NCBI GenBank assembly: GCA_009787915.1
Contig: WQSK01000001.1
Location: 7,119-71,118 of the forward strand
Direction: 5' to 3'
Origin: Bacillota bacterium
GTDB lineage: Bacteria > Bacillota > Clostridia > Christensenellales > UBA1242
Length of the DNA stretch: 64,000 nucleotides
Shown: positions 37,201 through 45,208 of the stretch, one piece after another
Layout of the letters: the number at the start of each line of letters is the position of its first letter
How positions within the stretch are numbered: the stretch's first letter is position 1
Program-made: the position numbers and the translations under genes
Notes under the pieces: generated by a model
The model's input: the letters and a program-made list of their open reading frames with translations, nothing else
Databases searched by the model: none
Told to the model about the DNA's origin: nothing

Positions 37201-39300
37201 CAAACTGGGACGGAGTTCAGAAACTTGACAAACCTATCGTTCTTGCCAACCGAAAGGGGTACGCATACGTTGATTATCACCGCAAGAAACAGGGCAAATG
37301 TTACCGTATACACACACGAGTTTGAAGTAGGCGGTACGGCGACAGTTATACCTGTGCTTGAGGGCGGGGCAACAACACTCCGTATCGGTCAAGTTGGTAA
37401 CTTGCCAAGGTTGTATGTTTTCTATAATGATATTAGACACATTGTTGGTTCTGATAACAGAAGTATTGTTCCAGAAGCAACCCCAAATGGTACACCTATC
37501 GGGACATTCAACACACGTGTTCTTGCAACCAGCGACGAAAGTTGGATTCCAAGCGTCCACTGGGATTCAGGAACAGTGTTCTTCCTAAGCGAGGATACAT
37601 ACACACTTGTATTTGAAATTTATCTAAACAGCGCTCCTGCTACTCCTATCACAGTTTATCGTCCTATCACAGTTACAGGTTTGACATCGGATGACTTTGA
37701 TGTATCGCTTGACAGTTTCAGACAAGATTATCTTGCCCTCCCAGGTCGTGGTTTCACACACGCGAGTCCAACAGGCAGCGCAGGAACTTTCCGTGACTAT
37801 AACATTTTGCCAGACTTTGTAAACCAAATCGCTGGTGACATGACACTTTCTGATTTCCAACTTGACCAAGGTATGGTGCATAACAATGTTGTTGGTGCTA
37901 CAGGGAGCCAACGTGATTCGTTCAGTTTCGGTCGTATCGTGCTTCCAAACGTTGCTCCTAATTTCAATGACCTCGTTCGTGCAGGTATGACACATCTTAG
38001 ACCTGATGACATCCGTACTCGTACAACAGTTACACACAGCCGACGTCCAGCAACACCAATTTTTGATTCTGCCACAGGTACAGAGCAACACTTGATTGTC
38101 AACGGTTCACTTGCGGAACACTATTATTTCTTCCCAAGCGGTACTGTTGAGGTTCCAGTAGACGAAAGACGCAGACCAGGTGACGTCGGTATGCCTGCAA
38201 CAATTCCAACTCCAACACCATCACTTGCAGACGCAGTTGCACAAAATTTACGCAAAGTCGTTGACTACTATGGTAATGCTTGGTTCAGGGCAACTGCTGT
38301 GGCAACAGATACAGATTGGTTCACGTTTGACGATTATATCTATAACCCAAGCCGACTTGTTGACCGTTCACAATCTCCTGATGGTATCTACACAATTGTT
38401 TACACGGTCACAATTCGCGGTATCAGCCAAACACGTGAATTCCGTATTGCGGTCGGTGACGTTGCAATTCCTATAATCACATTCTTGGCTGATGAAGATG
38501 AACTCTTTGCCGACCGTGACCCAGGTGGCATGTTCACAATTGAAACCGCACGTGACTTGGCGGTCAACCCAGCGGGCGGAAGAACAACAATCCAAGAAGA
38601 AGGTTTCTTTGCACCTTGGTGGGTTGCGCACAACATGGAAATCCGTATTACCCGACCAAACGGTGACAACGTATCTTGGACAACCGACACAACTGCACCG
38701 ATTGACGGAGCAAACCTATTCCGTACCCCTGCAGAGCAACTGATTAATTTCTATGACAGCATGGAAGCGGTTGCGGGTGCAAACCCTCCTGCCGTAGGAA
38801 CAAACCAATGGGGCTTCCCAATCACCAACGCAAATGACGAGATGAGCATGATTCGACGCGGTGCTGGTGACCGTGAGGGCAGACAATGGAGGTTTAGATT
38901 CCAAGACAGTGGGGACTATACAATCACATTTGAAATTCAAAGTGACAGTGGGCAACGTACTTCGGTTTCAAGAACAGTTCGTATCAGCACTCCTGAAACA
39001 CCGACCCGTATTGCTGCACAAACAATTTGGGGCGCCGTGTTGATTGTTATATCTTCAGGTTTGTTAATTGGTGTTATAGTTTACTTTATCCAAACTGGAC
39101 GCAAGACAAAATTCCAGGGTACAGGCGGTAAACCAACCACTCCTGGACCAAAAGGTGAAAAGAAGTTCATGGACCGCTTTAAGAAAAAAGACAAAGCGGA
39201 CGCGCCTAAGGTCGAGGCTCCGAAAAAGGTTGATGCGCCAAAAGCGGATAAGGCTCCGAAAGCCGTTGCGGCCGACGAAGTCAAACCAAGTGACGAGTAA
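34210..39300 (+). CDS. giant (1696 aa) surface protein: signal peptide, large ectodomain, C-terminal TM and Lys-rich tail
   Basis: Signal-like N-terminus ending AMA. C-terminal helix WGAVLIVISSGLLIGVIVYFI followed by a KKDKADAPK-type tail. Confidence 0.8.
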   Translation: MTNFRRRSVLRKFAVLGIASIFVLTGFIGGAFVPLVQRAMAASLVPNMRIQNLPRPSVEIGTRIHEAGIPTVSGLGGGDIVYMALVRGGITEFRARTTANWSNTGVDMVVPLTAEYNRRAVYSWRIYLQRPAISPATGFRYDLLHSHNIDVYQGQFRFEIPTSARHYHDGNAISFIPNVAIPGQRVLMPLPNQFIDNAGNDLFDNNTPDVALMRRAILADWNRNQIPGVADSDDPANDAVNTQIANDPNLFRRLVWANTTIQFFGPGKGAAPRQIYTGNQVNDATGTNASRVFQSSLRGEFRAQFEFNHPRIQSRTSTDSWQVEGVTINTGGTSVTANEANIRENVVFTMPPAFGAMSGAFTLNQYFQLPLPTINIATRSDTDALDLPMGHVSFPNTNSMVSYTFITVEHFDLQNNRTNLYNNIRLTAENGYRFRPTTFGSFRFVYHTTTPFGVGFVEQIGANDPQYHNRVVVVQDGGQSFIQYTPHNLFRITNNAVAPSLRWTLPFNYHLVSTLTGDDAAAVTAYNAAMYNTALHILPTHTIALAEANPLFNLAANSPDRILEHIVPSSNTAIVERTQRDGALFNNAPDLSHFMPGMGSTPVTIIPTNGQIVIPALLGLNNVSSSRQLTYSITITRRRTDSADTDSVQFTTSPTAQLVNDTDRSVFRLDNRRPLIIEFGQGTAEVQRGRFTNGTQSEVHIRSFGNTQIPVAQTYEIAIEIIDNASVLGSGGNMMTPTIRHSFRIDDNIGNTVTDHQELRPSFSGTPNPVRTGLYVRDTLNFRELGVWCDSSNNVAVDYYIVWNTSAGAAADGFQTNAVRIQDRHIRSNTILFPLDVRSNPDAQPLITYLDANPSASFTIVAIARNRHALVSQVYNNFQPRSDTYPVDPTGRNDVLTFDELHTFLTATNIVEARDNLPAGTNISFSRFTLNNFGGGVAQTLALTPITGAVRDTRVNITANIRNAAAGQIDTNINAQVVTPSGRTLTVSGAPFNTLVTQTGTEFRNLTNLSFLPTERGTHTLIITARNRANVTVYTHEFEVGGTATVIPVLEGGATTLRIGQVGNLPRLYVFYNDIRHIVGSDNRSIVPEATPNGTPIGTFNTRVLATSDESWIPSVHWDSGTVFFLSEDTYTLVFEIYLNSAPATPITVYRPITVTGLTSDDFDVSLDSFRQDYLALPGRGFTHASPTGSAGTFRDYNILPDFVNQIAGDMTLSDFQLDQGMVHNNVVGATGSQRDSFSFGRIVLPNVAPNFNDLVRAGMTHLRPDDIRTRTTVTHSRRPATPIFDSATGTEQHLIVNGSLAEHYYFFPSGTVEVPVDERRRPGDVGMPATIPTPTPSLADAVAQNLRKVVDYYGNAWFRATAVATDTDWFTFDDYIYNPSRLVDRSQSPDGIYTIVYTVTIRGISQTREFRIAVGDVAIPIITFLADEDELFADRDPGGMFTIETARDLAVNPAGGRTTIQEEGFFAPWWVAHNMEIRITRPNGDNVSWTTDTTAPIDGANLFRTPAEQLINFYDSMEAVAGANPPAVGTNQWGFPITNANDEMSMIRRGAGDREGRQWRFRFQDSGDYTITFEIQSDSGQRTSVSRTVRISTPETPTRIAAQTIWGAVLIVISSGLLIGVIVYFIQTGRKTKFQGTGGKPTTPGPKGEKKFMDRFKKKDKADAPKVEAPKKVDAPKADKAPKAVAADEVKPSDE

Positions 39301-39331
39301 TCTTTTTTGACCAGACAACAGAATAACAAAG

Positions 39332-39355
39332 CGGGGGTGGGAAACTCCCGTTTTT
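39332..39355 (+). terminator. intrinsic terminator of the giant gene
   Basis: Stem CGGGGG (39332-37) / CTCCCG (39345-50), 7-nt loop, T5 run at 39351-55. Confidence 0.7.
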
Positions 39356-39360
39356 GTTTA

Positions 39361-39437
39361 ATCTGGGTTTTTAACTGGGATATTTCTGGGTTTAATCCAG
39401 GTTTTTTCTGGGTTATTCTTGGGTTTAATCTGGGTTC
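39361..39437. repeat. seven phased 11-bp tandem repeats, consensus (T)TCTGGGTTTAA
   Basis: GG(G) cores end at 39367, 39379, 39390, 39401, 39412, 39423 and 39434, giving intervals of 12, 11, 11, 11, 11 and 11. Confidence 0.85.
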
Positions 39438-39507
39438 CGCGAACCCATTCCCCAGTCGCTTTGCAACACCTCTTTTGCAAAAACCCCCGCCCTAACGGGC
39501 ACCTTAG

Positions 39508-39616
39508 AAAAACCCCCGTCTGCCTTACGGCATCCACCCCCTTTACAAAGGGGGAATTTTTACCCGAGCCCATTCCCCCTTTCTTAAAGGGGGTGTCGCA
39601 GAGCGACGGGGGTTTT
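39508..39616. other. GC-rich multi-hairpin element (possible four-way junction)
   Basis: Closing helix AAAAACCCCCGTC (39508-20) / GACGGGGGTTTT (39605-16). It encloses hairpins TGCC-TTAC-GGCA (39521-32), CCCCCTTT..AAAGGGGG (39536-53) and CCCCCTTT-CTT-AAAGGGGG (39575-93). Confidence 0.5.
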
Positions 39617-39660
39617 AAAAAGCGCGCGCCCGTAAGAGGGGATGTTTACTGCCAATTCGC

Positions 39661-39752
39661 TTGACATATTATACCACACAATATATAATAATACTATACC
39701 TCGCTGCCACTTGACTTTTTACCCTAAGGGGTAAGGGGTAAGGGGTTTTTTA
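39661..39752 (+). promoter_or_regulatory. consensus promoter plus conserved 5' leader with three AAGGGGT heptads (copy 1)
   Basis: TTGACA (39661-66), 17-nt spacer, TATAAT (39684-89). The leader begins ATACCTCGCTGCCACTTG and ends TTACCCTAAGGGGTAAGGGGTAAGGGGTTTTTT. Confidence 0.7.
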
Positions 39753-39788
39753 TTGCCTAAATTTCCCCTCAATCAAAAGGAGAAATTT

Positions 39789-40682
39789 ATGACGAACGTA
39801 GATGCGGAACAAACAGGTTTCAGTAGAAAAGACATTGAAAACAAAGTAGGCACGATAAGGGCGAATGCCGAAAAACTTCTTGAGGATTATAATGCCCGCG
39901 CGGTTGTGTTCGACCCGAAAGAAATTGCCAAAGCGGAAACAGGATATGTACAGGGCGGGACCAACTGGGACGGCAGGGGTTTCATGGAGGACATCTTGAG
40001 GCCTATGACACAGGTCGAGGTGAATCGGGTCATGGTGAACTTGCAACAAAATATTTTGGAAATCCTTGATGCGGAAAAGAATCCAGAGTTAAACTCGGGG
40101 GAACTTAAAGGCAAAACCGTTATGGGAAAGTTTGGTTCCACAGTCAATGGGTTCAAGGAACATAGAAATGTGTTTTCGCACCTCTTGTATCACAATATTT
40201 TGGCGAACGATACAAAGGACTGGGGCGGGAACAATAGTTCAAAGGGCAAATTGCTCTATCATTATGCGGACCTGAGGCGGGATGATTACGAAAGCCCAAT
40301 AGAACAATCTAATTCAATGACCCGTGCATTAAAGTTTTTAAACAGTCACGAAAATGGATGTGACCATCGCATCGATGGTATAAAATCTGTTTACTGCGGT
40401 TTTGAATTTGACCGTGACGGAAATCATAGTTATGCTAACAAAAAACGCGAAAGAGAGATTGACACTATGGTCAAGAACTATGATATCAAGGGCCTGACCG
40501 AAGTCGTTGAGAATTTGCTTGTTGGGGCTTTGCCAAATACATGGGGAAATGAAACCGAGAGAAGAAATATCATCAGGCAATATGGTGACCTAACCGAGTT
40601 GGTCGAGTGCGTAAAAATGCATCAAAAAATACACGACAAAGGCTTTCAAGTTGACTTGTCTACGCCAGAGCCAGAACTTTAA
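39789..40682 (+). CDS. hypothetical protein
   Basis: Strong RBS (aaaggagaaatttATG). The alternative TTG at 39753 sits 7 nt after the last GGGG of the leader. Confidence 0.55.
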   Translation: MTNVDAEQTGFSRKDIENKVGTIRANAEKLLEDYNARAVVFDPKEIAKAETGYVQGGTNWDGRGFMEDILRPMTQVEVNRVMVNLQQNILEILDAEKNPELNSGELKGKTVMGKFGSTVNGFKEHRNVFSHLLYHNILANDTKDWGGNNSSKGKLLYHYADLRRDDYESPIEQSNSMTRALKFLNSHENGCDHRIDGIKSVYCGFEFDRDGNHSYANKKREREIDTMVKNYDIKGLTEVVENLLVGALPNTWGNETERRNIIRQYGDLTELVECVKMHQKIHDKGFQVDLSTPEPEL

Positions 40683-40730
40683 TTGTGTTTAACAATCCGC
40701 CCGCATGGACATAACTGTGTGGGAGGAACT

Positions 40731-40967
40731 ATGATTGCCGTAAAAAACTTACAGAATCTAAACGAAATCTTGTTACAGGAAGAATTGTTGCAGGCCGTTG
40801 CAACGCATTATCTTGACATGGTGTCGGACAAAAACGCCACGAAACTTTTGGAAGAAATAATTAAGACCAGCAAAAAGAACCACGCCGAGGTTATAAGTTA
40901 TCTGGAGCACGACCTTGGGAAAAAGCCGTTGTCAGGTGGGTTGGTGAATAAGGGAGGTAAAAAATGA
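40731..40967 (+). CDS. hypothetical small helical protein
   Basis: GGAGG RBS before ATG 40731. Overlaps the next gene by 4 nt. Confidence 0.45.
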   Translation: MIAVKNLQNLNEILLQEELLQAVATHYLDMVSDKNATKLLEEIIKTSKKNHAEVISYLEHDLGKKPLSGGLVNKGGKK

Positions 40968-41224
40968 AAGCCTTGAACGACAAATTTATGATGCAGGATG
41001 TTTTGGCGCACTTGCGTGACTTGATGACGCAGGGCGGTATGGCAATTCAGCATTCGAACTGTAAAAACATGCGCGCTGTGGTTGAAAACGTCACCAAGCG
41101 CACGACCGAGAACCAATTTTTGGTTTTCAAATACATGAACGAAAACAATATGTACCCAATCAAAAACGTGACCGACCAGGAACTTTGCGAGGTCATAAAT
41201 TGCCACACTAAACAGGCTAACTGA
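40964..41224 (+). CDS. Coat_F-domain (spore coat protein F-like) protein
   Basis: LNDKFMMQDVLAHLRDL...NCKNMRAVVENV...FLVFKYMNENNMYP matches my recollection of the CotF family pattern. Confidence 0.6.
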   Translation: MKALNDKFMMQDVLAHLRDLMTQGGMAIQHSNCKNMRAVVENVTKRTTENQFLVFKYMNENNMYPIKNVTDQELCEVINCHTKQAN

Positions 41225-41294
41225 TTTGTGTATATCTTTGTTTATAAAACCCTGCACGGCGCGGGGTTTTTTGTTGCTTTGGAAAAACTTTCTA

Positions 41295-41381
41295 TTGACT
41301 CGCTCTGGTTCACGTGTCATAATATACACATACCTCGTTGCTACTCGGCCTCGCAAGGGGCAAGGGGCAAGGGGCTTTTTT
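41295..41381 (+). promoter_or_regulatory. consensus promoter plus conserved 5' leader with three AAGGGGC heptads (copy 2)
   Basis: TTGACT (41295-300), 17-nt spacer, TGtCATAAT (-10 at 41318-23). The leader reads ATACCTCGTTGCTACTCGGCCTCGCAAGGGGCAAGGGGCAAGGGGCTTTTTT and is followed by ATG 41382. Confidence 0.7.
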
Positions 41382-41936
41382 ATGCAAAAAATTCTTCATT
41401 ACATACTTAGTTTCATTATTGGTGCGGGTATCGGATATTTGTTCTTTTGGCTATTCGACGGCTGGGGTTGGACGGCGACTCCGTTCGCGATAATAATCGC
41501 ATTTTTCATTATTGGGTGGCTGGACGAAAGAGGGGATTCTGTGGATTTCTATGAAGAAGATGAAGAACCAGAATCCAAAAAATTGGGAGATTGGACGTTG
41601 GGCGAATTACGTGACGAGTGTGCAGAGTTAAATATCAAAGGATATGGAACTATGACGAAAGACGAGTTGATACATGCCATATGCAAGCATGATTTTGAAA
41701 ACGAATTTACTCCTGACGAAATGCGCAAGCATTTGAAAAGTCGTGGGCTTGAAGCCGATGGGTTGACACGGAAAGAAATGATTGACTTGAACAACGCGTA
41801 TGACAACGACGAAGAAGATTACGAAAATTATACGCTCGAGTATCTAAAAGAACTATGTGATGAAAACAAAATTGGATACAAGTCTGGGAGTGGTAAAGAT
41901 GAACTCGTTAAATTACTTGAAAAACATGACCTTTAG
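41382..41936 (+). CDS. 2-TM membrane protein with three HeH/Rho_N/SAP-like motifs
   Basis: N-terminal helices, then three repeats of the L..ELR..C.ELNIKGYG.MTKDELI type. Track start 41226 rejected because it covers the promoter and leader. Confidence 0.6.
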   Translation: MQKILHYILSFIIGAGIGYLFFWLFDGWGWTATPFAIIIAFFIIGWLDERGDSVDFYEEDEEPESKKLGDWTLGELRDECAELNIKGYGTMTKDELIHAICKHDFENEFTPDEMRKHLKSRGLEADGLTRKEMIDLNNAYDNDEEDYENYTLEYLKELCDENKIGYKSGSGKDELVKLLEKHDL

Positions 41937-41951
41937 TGGTATAATAACATT

Positions 41952-42296
41952 ATGCTGGACAAACAAACATCAAAGTTTTTAAAAGTCATCGCGAAGATTT
42001 GCGAGGACGGAAGTTACAAGATTATTGAAAAGTCATTTTTGTCTGCCTACACAGCGTCGGTTGACCAAATGATTCGGTTTTTGCAAGACAATGAAATGAT
42101 TGACGTCAAGTACAGCGACGAGGGTGTTTATTGCTTATCAGTTTTACCAAAAGGTCGCGTGACAATTGAAACGGCTCGAACTGGTGGACGCAATCCAAAA
42201 ATTGGGAATAGAAATCTTTTGATTTTAATCGGCGTAGCATTTCTTGCAAGTTTCATAGGCGCCTTTTTGGGAACACTTTTAGCAGGGGTGTTTTAA
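41952..42296 (+). CDS. small protein: wHTH-like N-domain plus C-terminal TM
   Basis: ORF with C-terminal helix LLILIGVAFLASFIGAFLGTLLAGV. Paralogous architecture to the next gene. Confidence 0.5.
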   Translation: MLDKQTSKFLKVIAKICEDGSYKIIEKSFLSAYTASVDQMIRFLQDNEMIDVKYSDEGVYCLSVLPKGRVTIETARTGGRNPKIGNRNLLILIGVAFLASFIGAFLGTLLAGVF

Positions 42297-42689
42297 ATGC
42301 TTAACCGAATTGAAACGCGAATCATGGATTATATTTTTTCGCGGTGCCGTGGAAAGAGGACGGTGCTTTTGCCACCCAAAGATATTTTGGACGGTATCGC
42401 GGTCGATAGTCGGGGCAATGTAATCACAAAATTTGAAATCACAAAAAAGCAACTGGAAGTCCACATGAAAAACATCGTGTTGGACGGCTATGTGGATTTT
42501 TCAAAAACCGCAGACAAGGACGGGGCCGAGTCTTTTGTTGTGACCCTGACCACAAGGGGCGAGGCATTTCGTCGTGAACGGAGCGATATCGTCCGAACCC
42601 GTTGGAGGTCTATTGGTTGGAAGATTTTTTTGACGCTCATAGGGGCGGGCTTGTCATCTATTGTTTGGCTTATCGTTAGGGCGTTGTAA
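42297..42689 (+). CDS. small protein: wHTH-like N-domain plus C-terminal TM
   Basis: ATG directly follows the upstream stop. C-terminal helix IFLTLIGAGLSSIVWLIV. Confidence 0.5.
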   Translation: MLNRIETRIMDYIFSRCRGKRTVLLPPKDILDGIAVDSRGNVITKFEITKKQLEVHMKNIVLDGYVDFSKTADKDGAESFVVTLTTRGEAFRRERSDIVRTRWRSIGWKIFLTLIGAGLSSIVWLIVRAL

Positions 42690-42691
42690 TT

Positions 42692-44701
42692 ATGGCAAAG
42701 TTTAAACTCGTTTCTAAATACACCCCGACGGGTGACCAGCCTCAGGCAATTGCATCGCTTGTGGACGGTGTAAAAAAGGGGGCTCGCGACCAAGTTTTGC
42801 TGGGTGTTACGGGGAGCGGAAAAACCTTTACAATGGCGAATGTCATAAAACAACTGGGCAAGCCCGCACTTGTTATTGCGCATAACAAAACTTTGGCGGC
42901 CCAGTTGTGTAACGAGTTCCGCGCGTACTTTCCCGAAAACCGTGTAGAGTATTTTGTAAGTTACTATGATTACTATCAACCCGAAGCGTATTTGCCGTCG
43001 ACCGATACTTATATTGAAAAAGATATGGCTATAAATTCCGAGATTGATAAACTTCGCCACAGTGCGACGTGTTCTTTGGCGACACGAAAGGATGTTATTA
43101 TTGTGGCTTCGGTGTCGTGTATCTATGGTCTTGGCGGTCCAAAAAATTATTATGATATGGCGATATCACTAAGACCTGGTGAAAAAATGACGAGGGGGCA
43201 ACTTATCAACAATCTTGTCAAAATACAATACAAGCGTGCAGGTGATGATATTGAACGCTCGACGTTCCGTTCCAAGGGCGATGTTGTTGACATTATTCCG
43301 TCGTATACAACCCAGACGATGATACGTGTTTGCTTTATGGGGGATTTAATCGAATCCGTTACCGAAATGGATGCCCTCACGATGACAACAATTGCGGCGG
43401 TAAACCATGCTGCGATTTTTCCTGCGACTCACTATGTGGTGGGCTCGGACCAACTGGATGGTGCAATCAAACAAATTCGCACAGACCTTGATGATAGACT
43501 GGACCATTTAAAAAACAAAAACCTTATGATAGAGGAACATCGTTTGCGTCAACGCACAAACTATGACATAGAGATGATTCGCGAGATGGGGCATTGTACT
43601 GGGATAGAAAATTATAGCCGATACTTTGACGGGAGAAAACCTGGGGAGCCACCATATACTTTGGTGTCGTATTTCGGTGATGATTTTATCACGTTTATTG
43701 ACGAGAGCCATATAACCGTCCCGCAAATCCGCGGTATGTACAATGGCGATAGGGCGAGGAAAACGACACTTGTGGATTTCGGGTTTAGATTGCCATCGGC
43801 TTTTGACAACCGACCATTGAATTTTACCGAGTTCAACAAACGTATCGGTCAGACTATCTATGTTTCCGCGACACCCGCAGAATACGAAGTTGAACGCGCC
43901 GACGGTGCGGTAATTGAACAGGTTATTCGACCAACAGGTTTGGTTGACCCCGAGATTTTCATACGACCAAAGGGCAACCAAGTCACGGATTTGGTACAGG
44001 AAATCAAGACTTTGACAGAAAAACGCAGAGGCGAAGTTGAACCCACGCGAAGCGACCAGGTCCAGCGGTACGTTGGCGCCAAAGTTTTGGTTACGACGCT
44101 CACAAAAAAGATGGCCGAGGATTTGACTGCGCACATGACATCAAACGGGATTCGCGTGCGGTATTTACACAGCGACATTCATACGCTCGAACGTGTTGAC
44201 CTTATCCAGGCACTTAGAAAAGACGAGTTTGATGTTGTCGTTGGGATTAACCTCTTGCGAGAGGGTTTGGATATTCCCGAGGTCGAACTTGTGGCAATTT
44301 TGGATGCGGATAAAGAGGGTCTGTTTCGGTCGCGCAGGTCTTTGATTCAGACGATTGGGCGGGCGGCCAGAAATGCTAAGGCTCGTGTTATTTTATATGC
44401 CGACAAAATGACCGACAGTATGACCGCCGCGATTAATGAAACTGAGCGCAGGCGCAAAATTCAACAGGCTTATAACAAAAAACACGGCATAACACCAAAG
44501 ACGGTTTTTTCCGAGAGCAAAAATACTCTGTACGTTACCGACAAAGACCAAAAGGATGCGCGCAAACTTTCCCGCGAACAAATACGGGACGAAATCGAGA
44601 AGTTGACCGCCCTTATGAACATTGCGTCTAGGTCTTTGGATTTTGAAACCGCGATTAAGTTTAGGGAAGAAATCACAAGATTGAAAGGGCAAAGGGGTTG
44701 A
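42692..44701 (+). CDS. uvrB: excinuclease ABC subunit B
   Basis: GDQPQAI, GVTGSGKTFT, helicase motifs, C-terminal UVR domain (FETAIKFREEI). Confidence 0.97.
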   Translation: MAKFKLVSKYTPTGDQPQAIASLVDGVKKGARDQVLLGVTGSGKTFTMANVIKQLGKPALVIAHNKTLAAQLCNEFRAYFPENRVEYFVSYYDYYQPEAYLPSTDTYIEKDMAINSEIDKLRHSATCSLATRKDVIIVASVSCIYGLGGPKNYYDMAISLRPGEKMTRGQLINNLVKIQYKRAGDDIERSTFRSKGDVVDIIPSYTTQTMIRVCFMGDLIESVTEMDALTMTTIAAVNHAAIFPATHYVVGSDQLDGAIKQIRTDLDDRLDHLKNKNLMIEEHRLRQRTNYDIEMIREMGHCTGIENYSRYFDGRKPGEPPYTLVSYFGDDFITFIDESHITVPQIRGMYNGDRARKTTLVDFGFRLPSAFDNRPLNFTEFNKRIGQTIYVSATPAEYEVERADGAVIEQVIRPTGLVDPEIFIRPKGNQVTDLVQEIKTLTEKRRGEVEPTRSDQVQRYVGAKVLVTTLTKKMAEDLTAHMTSNGIRVRYLHSDIHTLERVDLIQALRKDEFDVVVGINLLREGLDIPEVELVAILDADKEGLFRSRRSLIQTIGRAARNAKARVILYADKMTDSMTAAINETERRRKIQQAYNKKHGITPKTVFSESKNTLYVTDKDQKDARKLSREQIRDEIEKLTALMNIASRSLDFETAIKFREEITRLKGQRG

Positions 44702-44732
44702 CTTTTCGGACAAAACATGGTATGATTAACCC

Positions 44733-45149
44733 ATGATTAACTTTATTAAAGGCCTATTTAAAAAAGATGGAGCGTCTTTTATTGAAAAATTTGCCGAGCA
44801 CGTAAACGAAGAAGAGCATTGTATAAACAAACGCGACTATGTGGCAAAGGTTGTGTCGGATATGTACCACAAAGAAAAAGTCCAGAACGCAATTGGTATG
44901 AAAGTTGTAGAGAGCGGGGAAATTGTTATCGCTAATATTAAAACCACTCGTGGTGAAAATGGCATTGTATCTGAGTTCATTGGTGACACACTTCCACCTA
45001 TAACAACGACGTCTGATGTAATAACAAAATTAAAACTCGCAACGTTTGCTTTTACGTGCGATGAATGCAAGGTCAAGACTCCTCTTGGAGAATGTAATGC
45101 AAACCGACCGCCTTTAGACAAAATTTTCCACCAAGTCGAAGAGGCTTGA
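44733..45149 (+). CDS. hypothetical protein
   Basis: ORF preceded by TTGACT, 17-nt spacer, TGgTATGAT, then a 6-nt gap to the ATG. Confidence 0.5.
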   Translation: MINFIKGLFKKDGASFIEKFAEHVNEEEHCINKRDYVAKVVSDMYHKEKVQNAIGMKVVESGEIVIANIKTTRGENGIVSEFIGDTLPPITTTSDVITKLKLATFAFTCDECKVKTPLGECNANRPPLDKIFHQVEEA

Positions 45150-45208
45150 AATTATCGGTTTTTGTTTACATGTTGTGTTTTTACAGGGCGTAGGCTATAA
45201 TCAAATAT

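Noticed and set aside
39307-39664. ORFs 39307-39495 (+), 39419-39664 (+) and 39358-39573 (-) in the long intergenic region.
   Set aside because: Their sequences simply translate the 11-bp repeats (GFN repeats) and the G5/C5 palindromes. They have no RBS and no protein-like composition.
39721-39745. CRISPR array: the 7-nt x3 heptads, the 11-bp x7 repeats and the G5/C5 palindromes were considered.
   Set aside because: The repeats are far too short and contiguous with no spacers, and there are no cas genes in the window.
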